This document shows, in pieces, positions 18,113 to 25,331 of a stretch of 32,000 nucleotides of DNA (the stretch's first letter is position 1; each line of letters begins with the position of its first letter). The translations under genes and the position numbers were made by a program. This DNA comes from an archaeon. GTDB taxonomy: Archaea > Iainarchaeota > Iainarchaeia > Iainarchaeales > 1-14-0-10-31-34. Under the pieces are notes generated by a model that did not search any database, was not told the origin of the DNA, and saw nothing but the letters and a program-made list of their open reading frames with translations. The DNA lies in the NCBI GenBank assembly GCA_024277355.1, contig JAJRVL010000011.1:79365-111364 (forward strand). Direction: 5' to 3'.

Positions 18113-18472
18113 ATGAGTTTTTTGTTTGTGTTTTCAGTTAATTTTATTTTAAGTGTATTGCTTGATATTGTAGTTTTATTTTATGCTGCAAGATTTTTTC
18201 GTGTTCCAAGAAACTCTGCTCAAAAAGCATTAATTATAACTGTCATTGCTTCTTTGTTTGGTTTTTTTATTGGAGATGTTTTAATTAAACTTATTTTGTC
18301 TCCGTTTCTTTCATTATTGCTGTTGTTTGCTCCGTTGGTTTTAATTACGGTGATTTTTATTAGATTATTTATCATTAAATTTGTTTATAGAATTAGTTTT
18401 AGTAAATCTTTTATTATTTGGATTTTGTCTGCTGTGGTTTCAGTTTTAGTTTCAAGGTTTTTGCCTTTTTAA
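18113..18472 (+). CDS. small integral membrane protein (119 aa, ~4 TM)
   Basis: Almost entirely hydrophobic (FLFVFSVNFILSVLLDIVVLFYAARFF...). Confidence 0.55.
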   Translation: MSFLFVFSVNFILSVLLDIVVLFYAARFFRVPRNSAQKALIITVIASLFGFFIGDVLIKLILSPFLSLLLLFAPLVLITVIFIRLFIIKFVYRISFSKSFIIWILSAVVSVLVSRFLPF

Positions 18473-18510
18473 CTGGAAAAGAATTTAAATTCCAAACACA
18501 TTAATTTTTT

Positions 18511-18891
18511 ATGCCGCCAAGAAAACCGTATTTCAGAAAGCACAGAAAAAGAAACACCAAGCACGCTAATTCCGATAAAAAAATTATTTTGAATCAGGTT
18601 AAACCTGGAGAAAAATTTAATTCAAAAAAACATGAAGAGAGAAGAAACAGACAATTTGGAGTTATGGTTAAACCTTCAGGCAATGAAAAAAAAAGAAGAT
18701 TTTTTGTTTCAAAAAATGAATTAGATTTATTAATTAAGCATAATCAGAATTTACCTGAATTAGCAGGCTCAAATAAAGGAAAATACCCTTATGGTTTTGT
18801 TGACAGAAGAAAAAAAACACACAAATACCAAAAAACTAAAACATTTAAAAGCGGTGGACAAAGAAAAAATAAACCCGCAAAGAAGAAATAA
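18511..18891 (+). CDS. basic hypothetical protein (126 aa), MPPRKP N-terminus; paralog of 21930
   Basis: It shares RRFFVSK and GFVDRRKK with RAFMVSE and GFYNRRKS of the 21930 gene. Both have a Lys-rich C-terminal tail. Confidence 0.55.
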   Translation: MPPRKPYFRKHRKRNTKHANSDKKIILNQVKPGEKFNSKKHEERRNRQFGVMVKPSGNEKKRRFFVSKNELDLLIKHNQNLPELAGSNKGKYPYGFVDRRKKTHKYQKTKTFKSGGQRKNKPAKKK

Positions 18892-18892
18892 A

Positions 18893-19420
18893 CTATTTTT
18901 TTATAAATTCAGTCCATTTCTTAAGTGAAGAAACTGCATTAATCATTTTAGGCATATTTTGTTTTATGAATTTGTTTTTCTCTAAATCGGTTTTGGGTTT
19001 TTGTTTTTTGTAGTTTTCATAAACTTGTTTCCCATTAAAATCAACAAAAGCAATTCTTGCACTAAAATTATTTTCTTTCAGCATCACTGAATCCCCAGTT
19101 ATTACTGCAATATGAAATGGATGAGAAAGTAAAGATTCTGCTAACTGGTTTGAAGTTTTTATTTTTTTTCTTTTTAAGTCTTTTTTTAATTCATTAAAAT
19201 CAGCAAAAAAATAAAATCCGCCTTTAGGTTTAGTTGCTTTTATTCCTTTAATTTCATTAAATTGTTCACTGAAATATTTTCCTGTCATTTCATGAATTTT
19301 TCTTGTTATTTCAAAGTATTCTTCTATTTCTTTGTTTTTTGAATAAGCAGTTATCCCTGCAAACTGAATTGGAGTTGAAACATTAGAGTAAATTGTTGCT
19401 GCAACTTTTTTGAAATCCAA
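18893..19420 (-). CDS. aminotransferase C-terminal part, in frame with 19427-20209 and separated from it by TAA plus 2 codons
   Basis: Read-through gives ...LPKNCSK*LSLDFKKVAATIYSNVSTPIQFAGITAY.... The total length of 439 codons fits a full-length aminotransferase. Confidence 0.7.
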   Translation of the reverse strand: MDFKKVAATIYSNVSTPIQFAGITAYSKNKEIEEYFEITRKIHEMTGKYFSEQFNEIKGIKATKPKGGFYFFADFNELKKDLKRKKIKTSNQLAESLLSHPFHIAVITGDSVMLKENNFSARIAFVDFNGKQVYENYKKQKPKTDLEKNKFIKQNMPKMINAVSSLKKWTEFIKK

Positions 19421-19426
19421 ACTTAA

Positions 19427-20209
19427 TTATTTTGAACAGTTTTTTGGTAAAATACAGTGCCCTAATCTATATCCCCCTGCTGACCTGTCTTTAGATAAAC
19501 CATTTGTAACAAAAGTTCCTTCTGGATAAATTTTTCCCATTGAAACAAAATTTCTGAAGTTATAGGAAGTTAAAGCATAAATTTCATCTGCGATAACAAA
19601 AACATTGTGTTTTCTGCATATTTTAGTTATTTCTTCTAATTCTTTTTTTGAATAAAGATTTCCTGTTGGATTATGAGGATTATTCAAAACAAGAATGCGT
19701 TGATCTTTATGCAGTTTAAATAAAAATCCATCTAAATCTTTTGGCTGAATTTTATAATCAAATTCTGGTTTTAAATAAAAAGTATGAAAATGTTTTTTTA
19801 ATAATTTTATTTCAGGATAATAGCCAATCCATGAAGGCGAAGGAATAATTATATCTCCTTTAATTATTTCAAAAATCATGTGAATTAAGGTTTTTGTTCC
19901 TGGGCCAATTATTATCCTTGAAGGATTAATTTCTAATCCAAAATGCTTTTTATTGAATTCTGCAACTTTTTTTCTTAATTCAATTATTCCTTGTGCATCA
20001 GAATAATGGCTTTTATCTGAGTTTTGTCCTAAGGCTTTTGCAATTACTTCTGGGACATGAAAAGGACTTTGACCAAAAGATAAAGCAGAAAAATCAAAAT
20101 TGCATTTCATTTTAGTGCATTTTTTTCTTTGTTCTGCAATTAATATTCCTGTCCTGAGGTTTTCAGGCATTTTAATTGCATTAATTTCTTTTTCAACTAA
20201 AATTTTCAT
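19427..20209 (-). CDS. class I/II (aspartate-family) aminotransferase, N-terminal 260 aa, ending at an in-frame TAA
   Basis: NNPHNPTGN and the PLP-lysine region GLSKDRSAGGYRLG. Confidence 0.8.
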   Translation of the reverse strand: MKILVEKEINAIKMPENLRTGILIAEQRKKCTKMKCNFDFSALSFGQSPFHVPEVIAKALGQNSDKSHYSDAQGIIELRKKVAEFNKKHFGLEINPSRIIIGPGTKTLIHMIFEIIKGDIIIPSPSWIGYYPEIKLLKKHFHTFYLKPEFDYKIQPKDLDGFLFKLHKDQRILVLNNPHNPTGNLYSKKELEEITKICRKHNVFVIADEIYALTSYNFRNFVSMGKIYPEGTFVTNGLSKDRSAGGYRLGHCILPKNCSK

Positions 20210-20269
20210 TTAATTTCCCTATCTATTAAATGGGTTATTATTTTATAATTTAGATACTTATTATTAATT

Positions 20270-20392
20270 ATGCTTTCGGATTATTTTAAACAGTTTTTAA
20301 GAGAAGATAAATCTGAAAAACAAATGAAATTAATTCAAAAAATGGCTGAAACAAGAAAAAGTGTTTCTGAAGCAATGGGTTCTCATAGAGAG
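20270..20392 (+). other. N-terminal 41 codons of the GltB-like gene, upstream of in-frame TAA 20393-20395
   Basis: ATG 20270 opens MLSDYFKQFLREDKSEKQMKLIQKMAETRKSVSEAMGSHRE*. The same frame continues LKFDGLSFVPAQLSVFPLL..., which matches the family-typical FDDL.F.PAQL segment, and runs into 20477. Confidence 0.6.
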
Positions 20393-20476
20393 TAATTAAA
20401 ATTTGACGGTTTAAGTTTTGTTCCTGCACAGCTTTCTGTTTTTCCTTTATTAAAAAAAGAAAAAGTAAACACTAAA

Positions 20477-21508
20477 GTGAAAATTGGAACTGTCTGCAAA
20501 AAACCTTTTGAGATTTCCACGCCTATAATGATTTCCCATATGAGTTTTGGAGCTTTAGCAAAAGAAATTAAAATAGCATTAGCTAAAGCTTCTGCGATGT
20601 CTGGAACTCTTTCTGCCAGCGGAGAAGGCGGAATGTTAAATGAAGAAAGAAAACAAGCTGATAAATATATTATTGAATTTGCTTCAGGAAGATTTGGTGT
20701 TTCAGAAAAAAGACTTGCTTTAGCTGATGGAATTGAAATAAAAATTGGCCAGGCGGCAAAAGCAGGAATGGGCGGGCATTTGCCTGCAAAAAAAGTAACA
20801 AAAGAAATAGCTAAAGTAAGAGAAATAAAAGAAGGAACTGACGCAGTAAGCCCTGCAAGACATTTAGATATTAAAACAAAACAGGGTTTAAAAGAAAAAG
20901 TCAACTGGCTTAGAAGCATTAATAAAGGCCCAATTGGAATTAAGATTGCTTCAGGGAATATAGAAAAAGATTTAGAGTTTGCTTTGTTTGCTGAACCTGA
21001 TTTTGTTACTTTTGATGGGGTTTCCGGCGCTACTGGTTCTGCACAAAAATTAATCAAAGACAATGTTGGAATACCTTCTATTGCTGCATTAAGCCGTGCA
21101 CAAAATTTTTTAGAAGAAACAGGACAAAAAAATAAAGTTCAGTTGTTTATCACTGGCGGATTAAGAACCAGTGCAGATTTTACTAAAGCATTAGCTTTAG
21201 GAGCAGATGCGGTTTATATTGCTACGGCTGCTTTAATGGCTTTAGGGTGCCAGCAATACAGGATTTGTGAAACAGGAAACTGCCCTATGGCGATTACAAC
21301 CCAAAATGAATTTATAAGAAAAAAAATTGATATTGAAAAACGAGCTTTAGGTGTTTCAAATTTTATTAATACAAGCACTAAAGAAATAGAAGATTTCTGC
21401 AGGTTAATGGGATTAAATGACATTAAAAAACTTTCAAAAGAAAATTTACGATCAATGGATGAATTAACTGCTAAAACCACTAAAACCAAAATGTTTTATG
21501 AAAAATGA
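20477..21508 (+). CDS. glutamate synthase domain-2-like FMN/Fe-S oxidoreductase (archaeal GltB-type)
   Basis: Segments PIMISHMSFGALAKE, SGEGGM, IEIKIGQGAKAGMGGHLP-like (here IEIKIGQAAKAGMGGHLPAKKV), GVSGATGSA and CQQYRICETGNCPMAITTQ. The annotated GTG start is probably not the true N-terminus. Confidence 0.85.
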   Translation: MKIGTVCKKPFEISTPIMISHMSFGALAKEIKIALAKASAMSGTLSASGEGGMLNEERKQADKYIIEFASGRFGVSEKRLALADGIEIKIGQAAKAGMGGHLPAKKVTKEIAKVREIKEGTDAVSPARHLDIKTKQGLKEKVNWLRSINKGPIGIKIASGNIEKDLEFALFAEPDFVTFDGVSGATGSAQKLIKDNVGIPSIAALSRAQNFLEETGQKNKVQLFITGGLRTSADFTKALALGADAVYIATAALMALGCQQYRICETGNCPMAITTQNEFIRKKIDIEKRALGVSNFINTSTKEIEDFCRLMGLNDIKKLSKENLRSMDELTAKTTKTKMFYEK

Positions 21509-21575
21509 ATACTGAAAAAAACACAACAGGGTTAAATAAAAGTTATACAACAATATTAACTGAATTCAGGAGGTT

Positions 21576-21845
21576 TTGTTTATGGAAGAAATGAATCCGG
21601 AACAAATGGAAGAAAAAAAACAAATGGTTTTGCAGATGTGTATTTGTAAAAACTGTCCTAGTTTTGTTGATTGCAGCGGAGAAAGCATAGGATATTGTTT
21701 TCCTTCAATAGGAAAAAGTAAATGTATTGCAGAAGAAAAAGGCTGTATTTGCGGCGGCTGTCCAATAACAGAAAAAATGGGATTAAAAAACACGTATTTT
21801 TGTACTAAAGGAAGCGAAAAAGAACAAATGAAAAAAGACATGTAA
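21576..21845 (+). CDS. small Cys-rich protein, DUF2769-like (likely ATG start at 21582)
   Basis: CICKNCPSF...CICGGCP repeats. An AGGAGGT SD box sits upstream. Confidence 0.6.
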   Translation: MFMEEMNPEQMEEKKQMVLQMCICKNCPSFVDCSGESIGYCFPSIGKSKCIAEEKGCICGGCPITEKMGLKNTYFCTKGSEKEQMKKDM

Positions 21846-21929
21846 AAAGCTGATTGTTTTTTGAATAAATTTATATTCAAAAGACAAAATACAGAAATCA
21901 TTAAATATAAAAAAAAGCAATAACTAATT

Positions 21930-22298
21930 ATGCCCCCAAAAAAACCAATTAAACCTAAAAAATTAACTAAACCAAAAAAACGTGCGTTTATGGTTTCAGA
22001 AAAAAAATACTCTGAAATGGATAAATCAAACACAGGCCGAGCAAGAAGATTTAAATCAGCTCCAGGCGTTGTTTTTTTACCTGAAAAAAGGAAAGAGCAG
22101 ATTGGGAAAGTTCGCGGAAACGTTTTTTATGTGAAAAAAAAAGACCGGGGCAGAATAAATGATTTACCAGGGATTGCAATACAGCGCAGGTTTCCTAATA
22201 AACAAAATGTAATAGGTTTTTATAACAGAAGAAAAAGTGCTAAAGAAGAACAGGCTAAATTATCTGCCGAACTTAAGAAAAAACAAAAAAAGAAATAA
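21930..22298 (+). CDS. basic hypothetical protein (122 aa), MPPKKP N-terminus; paralog of 18511
   Basis: See the 18511 entry. Lys-rich at both ends. Confidence 0.55.
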   Translation: MPPKKPIKPKKLTKPKKRAFMVSEKKYSEMDKSNTGRARRFKSAPGVVFLPEKRKEQIGKVRGNVFYVKKKDRGRINDLPGIAIQRRFPNKQNVIGFYNRRKSAKEEQAKLSAELKKKQKKK

Positions 22299-22337
22299 CT
22301 GTTATTTAGTTTCATTCAACATATAAAGTTTAAATAG

Positions 22338-22844
22338 TTGGCTGAAGATATTCTTTTTATGGTAAAAAAATTAAGGGTCGGTTGGTTTTCTTTTACTTGT
22401 GGAGAAGATTCAACAATAGTTTTTTCTGAACTGCTTAATGATCATTATTTTGACTGGATTAAATTAATTGACTTTAAATACATTAAAATTCTGAAATCAA
22501 AAAATGTATTGGATAAATTAGATGTTGCTTTTGTTGAAGGTGCTATTTCAAATGACAAAGACGAAAAATTCCTTAAAGATATAAGAAAAAAATCAAAGAA
22601 AGTTGTTGCAATTGGTTCCTGCGCCTGTAATGGAATGCCTTCAGCTCAAAGAAATGATTTTGATAAAAAAACAGTAAATGAAATTAATTTTTTGCTTAAA
22701 AAATTCAGGCATAAAAAGAAGGTGCTTCCATTAAATAAAATAATCAAAGTTGATGAGTTAGTTAATGGGTGTCCAATGCAGGAAAAAGTTTTCCTTAAAG
22801 TATTAAATGATTTATTAATTGAATTTGGTGTAATTAATGCATAA
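22338..22844 (+). CDS. [NiFe]-hydrogenase small subunit, minimal form with proximal-cluster domain only (likely ATG start at 22359)
   Basis: VGWFSFTCGEDS, VAIGSCACNGMP and VNGCPM correspond to the proximal [4Fe-4S] ligand positions of NuoB-like hydrogenase small subunits. Its stop overlaps the large-subunit ATG (ATGCATAA). Confidence 0.75.
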   Translation: MAEDILFMVKKLRVGWFSFTCGEDSTIVFSELLNDHYFDWIKLIDFKYIKILKSKNVLDKLDVAFVEGAISNDKDEKFLKDIRKKSKKVVAIGSCACNGMPSAQRNDFDKKTVNEINFLLKKFRHKKKVLPLNKIIKVDELVNGCPMQEKVFLKVLNDLLIEFGVINA

Positions 22845-23424
22845 AATCGAGGATATTACAATTGATAGTTTAACTAAAGTTGAAGGGCATTCAGAGGTTA
22901 AAGTAAAAGTTAAAGATAAAAAAGTTCAGGACGTTCAGTTCAATATAATTGAAAATAAAAGATTTTATACTCAGGCAATAAGAGGTAAAAATTTCAGAAT
23001 GATAACTCAGTTAGTTCCAAGAATTTGCGGGACCTGCAGTATTGCTCATTTAATGGCTTGTATTGAAGCAGTAGAAAAAACATTAGATGTAAAAGTATCA
23101 AATCAAACAAAAATTTTAAGGCGGCTTCTTGTTAATGGTTTAATGATCAGAGATCATGCATTGCATTTGTATTTGTTTACTTTGCCTGATGTTTTTGGAG
23201 TGGATTCTGTTTTAGAGTTTGATGAAACAAAACACGAATTACTGCATGATGCATTTAAAGTTAAAGCAGTAGGAAACAAACTTGATACTATTATTGGAGG
23301 AAGAGCAGTTCATGCAACTTTTCCTGCTGTAGGAGGATTTACTCATTTTCCTTCCTTTGAAGAAATCAAAGAAGTAATTAAATTATTAAAAAACTCAAGA
23401 CCTGCAGTATTAAGATTAATTTAA
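22837..23424 (+). CDS. [NiFe]-hydrogenase large subunit, N-terminal 195 aa, ending at an in-frame TAA
   Basis: L1 nickel-binding motif RICGTCSIAH. Confidence 0.85.
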   Translation: MHKIEDITIDSLTKVEGHSEVKVKVKDKKVQDVQFNIIENKRFYTQAIRGKNFRMITQLVPRICGTCSIAHLMACIEAVEKTLDVKVSNQTKILRRLLVNGLMIRDHALHLYLFTLPDVFGVDSVLEFDETKHELLHDAFKVKAVGNKLDTIIGGRAVHATFPAVGGFTHFPSFEEIKEVIKLLKNSRPAVLRLI

Positions 23425-23514
23425 ATTTACTTTAATTGTCCTCTTTCACTGGAAAGAGAAACAAATTTTGTTGGATTAGTTGAAAAAAATTATGGTTTTC
23501 TTGAAGGAAAAATA

Positions 23515-24114
23515 ATGGATTCAGAAGGCAGTTGTTTTGAAGAACATGAATATTTAGAACATCTTGAAAAAACTGAATTTGATCGTTCTGAGGCAATAGG
23601 CTATAAATTTGAAGGAAAAGATTATATGGTTGGTGCTTTAGCAAGAATGAATTTAAATAAAAATGCTTTAAACAAAAAAACACGAAAAGACTTAAAAAAA
23701 TATTTGAAAGTGTTTCCTTCAAAAAATATTTTCCATAATAATCTTGCTCAAGCAATCGAAATACTGCATTGTATTGATGATTCAATCGAAATACTTGAAA
23801 ACAATAAATTCAAAAAAGAGCATTTAGCTGAAGTAAAAGTAAAAGCCGCAACAGGAATAGGAGTAATTGAAGCGCCAAGAGGAACACTTTATTACAGGTT
23901 AAATATTCAAAAAGATGGGAAAATAAAAGACGGAAACATTATTGTTCCAACATCACAAAATCAAGTTAACATAAATGACGATATAAAAAAATTAGTTGAA
24001 GACAACATAAACAAACCAAAAAAAGAAATTGCTTATGAAATAGAAAAATTAATCAGAGCTTATGATCCGTGTTTAAGTTGTGCTGCCCATTTTATTAAAT
24101 TAAAGTTTGAATAA
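23515..24114 (+). CDS. [NiFe]-hydrogenase large subunit, C-terminal part; the frame is open and continuous from 23425
   Basis: L2 motif DPCLSCAAH near the C-terminus, and EAPRGTLYY. Codons 23425-23514 (IYFNCPLSLERETNFVGLVEKNYGFLEGKI) contain no stop and lie in the same frame as 22837. Confidence 0.85.
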   Translation: MDSEGSCFEEHEYLEHLEKTEFDRSEAIGYKFEGKDYMVGALARMNLNKNALNKKTRKDLKKYLKVFPSKNIFHNNLAQAIEILHCIDDSIEILENNKFKKEHLAEVKVKAATGIGVIEAPRGTLYYRLNIQKDGKIKDGNIIVPTSQNQVNINDDIKKLVEDNINKPKKEIAYEIEKLIRAYDPCLSCAAHFIKLKFE

Positions 24115-24469
24115 TTTCCTTTACTCCTTTAAATGCTTTTTCTTCAGTTAAATCTGAAGGAATTCCAATTATTTCAAATTCGTTTATTTTGCCTATTTTT
24201 TTTAATAATTTCAAAGTTAACCCTAAATCAAAGCCGTGCACTGAACAGATTTTTCTGGTTTCAATTTTATTTAAATTATTAATTAAAGAAACTTTTTTTA
24301 TTCCTAAAACTGAATCCAAAAAAACAAGTTTTTTTTCTGGAAATTCTTCAGTTGGATCAAATTCCTTAAAATTTATTTCTGGGAAATTTTTTGCGAGTTT
24401 TCCTTTAATTTTTAAGGGAAGAGAATCTTCTTTTAATAATTCATTTCCTAAAACAAAAATTGTTTTCAT
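24095..24469 (-). CDS. hydrogenase maturation endopeptidase (HycI/FrxA-like)
   Basis: FVLGNELLKEDS, DSV and HGFDLG match the metal-ligand pattern of these proteases. It is about 124 aa and overlaps the 3' end of the large subunit by 20 nt in convergent orientation. Confidence 0.7.
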   Translation of the reverse strand: MKTIFVLGNELLKEDSLPLKIKGKLAKNFPEINFKEFDPTEEFPEKKLVFLDSVLGIKKVSLINNLNKIETRKICSVHGFDLGLTLKLLKKIGKINEFEIIGIPSDLTEEKAFKGVKEIIQTLI

Positions 24470-24843
24470 TCTTCCACTTTATTTAATTTTATAAATTGTT
24501 TTTCAACTGTTTTTCTATTTACAAAGGGTTTATGGTGTCTAAAACCCCCTCCAAAATTATGAGGAATATGCATTAATTCATGAATTAATGTTTTAGTTTG
24601 TTCTTCTTCCGGCTGCCTGAAAAAAAGTTCCATTAATTCAATTACATAAAATGGTTTTTCCTGCATTCCAATCTGAACTGCTTTGCCAATTGTGTGGATT
24701 CTTGCAATTGTTCTTTTTGTTTTAGTGCCTTTAGAAATAATGCATGAAATTCTTTCAGATGGAATGTGATTAAATTCTAATCTATTAGCTAACTTTCTTG
24801 CTTTTTTTGTAAAGGTTTCAGAGAATTCATACTGCATAAACAA
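24466..24843 (-). CDS. predicted HExxH zinc metallopeptidase (archaeal COG4900-like; likely ATG start at 24837)
   Basis: LIHELMHIPHNFGGGFRHH. An ATGA overlap couples it to the downstream protease gene. Confidence 0.65.
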   Translation of the reverse strand: MFMQYEFSETFTKKARKLANRLEFNHIPSERISCIISKGTKTKRTIARIHTIGKAVQIGMQEKPFYVIELMELFFRQPEEEQTKTLIHELMHIPHNFGGGFRHHKPFVNRKTVEKQFIKLNKVEE

Positions 24844-24878
24844 ACCACAAGTTATGTATAAGACTATTTTAGTTTTAC
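24842..24878 (+). repeat. copy of the AAACCA-N-TTATGTATAAGACTA-TTTTAG module, between the YbjQ stop and the metallopeptidase start
   Basis: It shares AGTTATGTATAAGACTA (17/17) with the copy at 14432-14448. Confidence 0.5.
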
Positions 24879-25178
24879 TGCTGTTCCATAAACAAGAATT
24901 TCTGCCGCAGAAGCCATTACTTGTGAAGTTGTAAATCTTACATTGATTACAGCATCTGCACCTAGTTTTTCTGCTTCCCTCTGCAACCTTATAACTGCTT
25001 CTTCTCTGGCTTCAGTTAATAATTCAGTATATTCTTTTAGTTCTCCGCCGACAATTTGTCTTAATCCAGATAAAATATCTTTTCCAAACCATTTTGCTCT
25101 GATAGTGTTTCCTCTAACTAATCCAAGTGTTTGTTTTATTTCTTTTCCTGCTACAAAATCTGTTGAAACAATAATCAT
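24864..25178 (-). CDS. YbjQ/UPF0145-family protein
   Basis: Full-length match to the family pattern: MIIVSTDFVAGKEI...GLVRGNTIRAK...GGELKEYTELLTEAREEA...GADAVINVRF...YGTAVKL. Confidence 0.85.
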   Translation of the reverse strand: MIIVSTDFVAGKEIKQTLGLVRGNTIRAKWFGKDILSGLRQIVGGELKEYTELLTEAREEAVIRLQREAEKLGADAVINVRFTTSQVMASAAEILVYGTAVKLK

Positions 25179-25193
25179 TTTTTCACTCTTTTT

Positions 25194-25331
25194 TTATTTA
25201 AATTCTATTACATCTGCTTTTATAATAAGGCTTTCCGAGGCTTTTGCGTTCAAAAGAATTCCTCCAGAAGAATTTGAATCAGTTCTTGCTAAACCAACAA
25301 CTAATTCTCCTTTATAACCCATATTTCCTTT
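25194..25331 (-). other. in-frame continuation of the PPC-like gene after TAA 25332-25334
   Basis: KGNMGYKGELVVGLARTDSNSSGGILLNAKASESLIIKADVIEFK* fits the second half of the PPC fold. The combined length is 121 codons. Confidence 0.5.

Noticed and set aside
20383-21063. Long antisense ORFs in the track: 20383-21063, 16980-17450, 1530-1937, 6255-6623, 29988-30383, 24943-25317, 21566-22033, 23432-23785 and others.
   Set aside because: Each lies entirely opposite a gene with strong family motifs. Their translations are low-complexity and Phe/Leu/Ser-rich, as expected for the complement of purine-rich, AT-biased coding sequence. I treat them as shadow ORFs.
25176-25196. The PPC-like gene's final TAA is in frame with the YbjQ gene 5 codons downstream, which could indicate a three-part read-through protein.
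   Set aside because: YbjQ starts with its own ATG exactly at the family's usual N-terminus (MIIVSTDF...). The PPC domain is complete at 121 codons.
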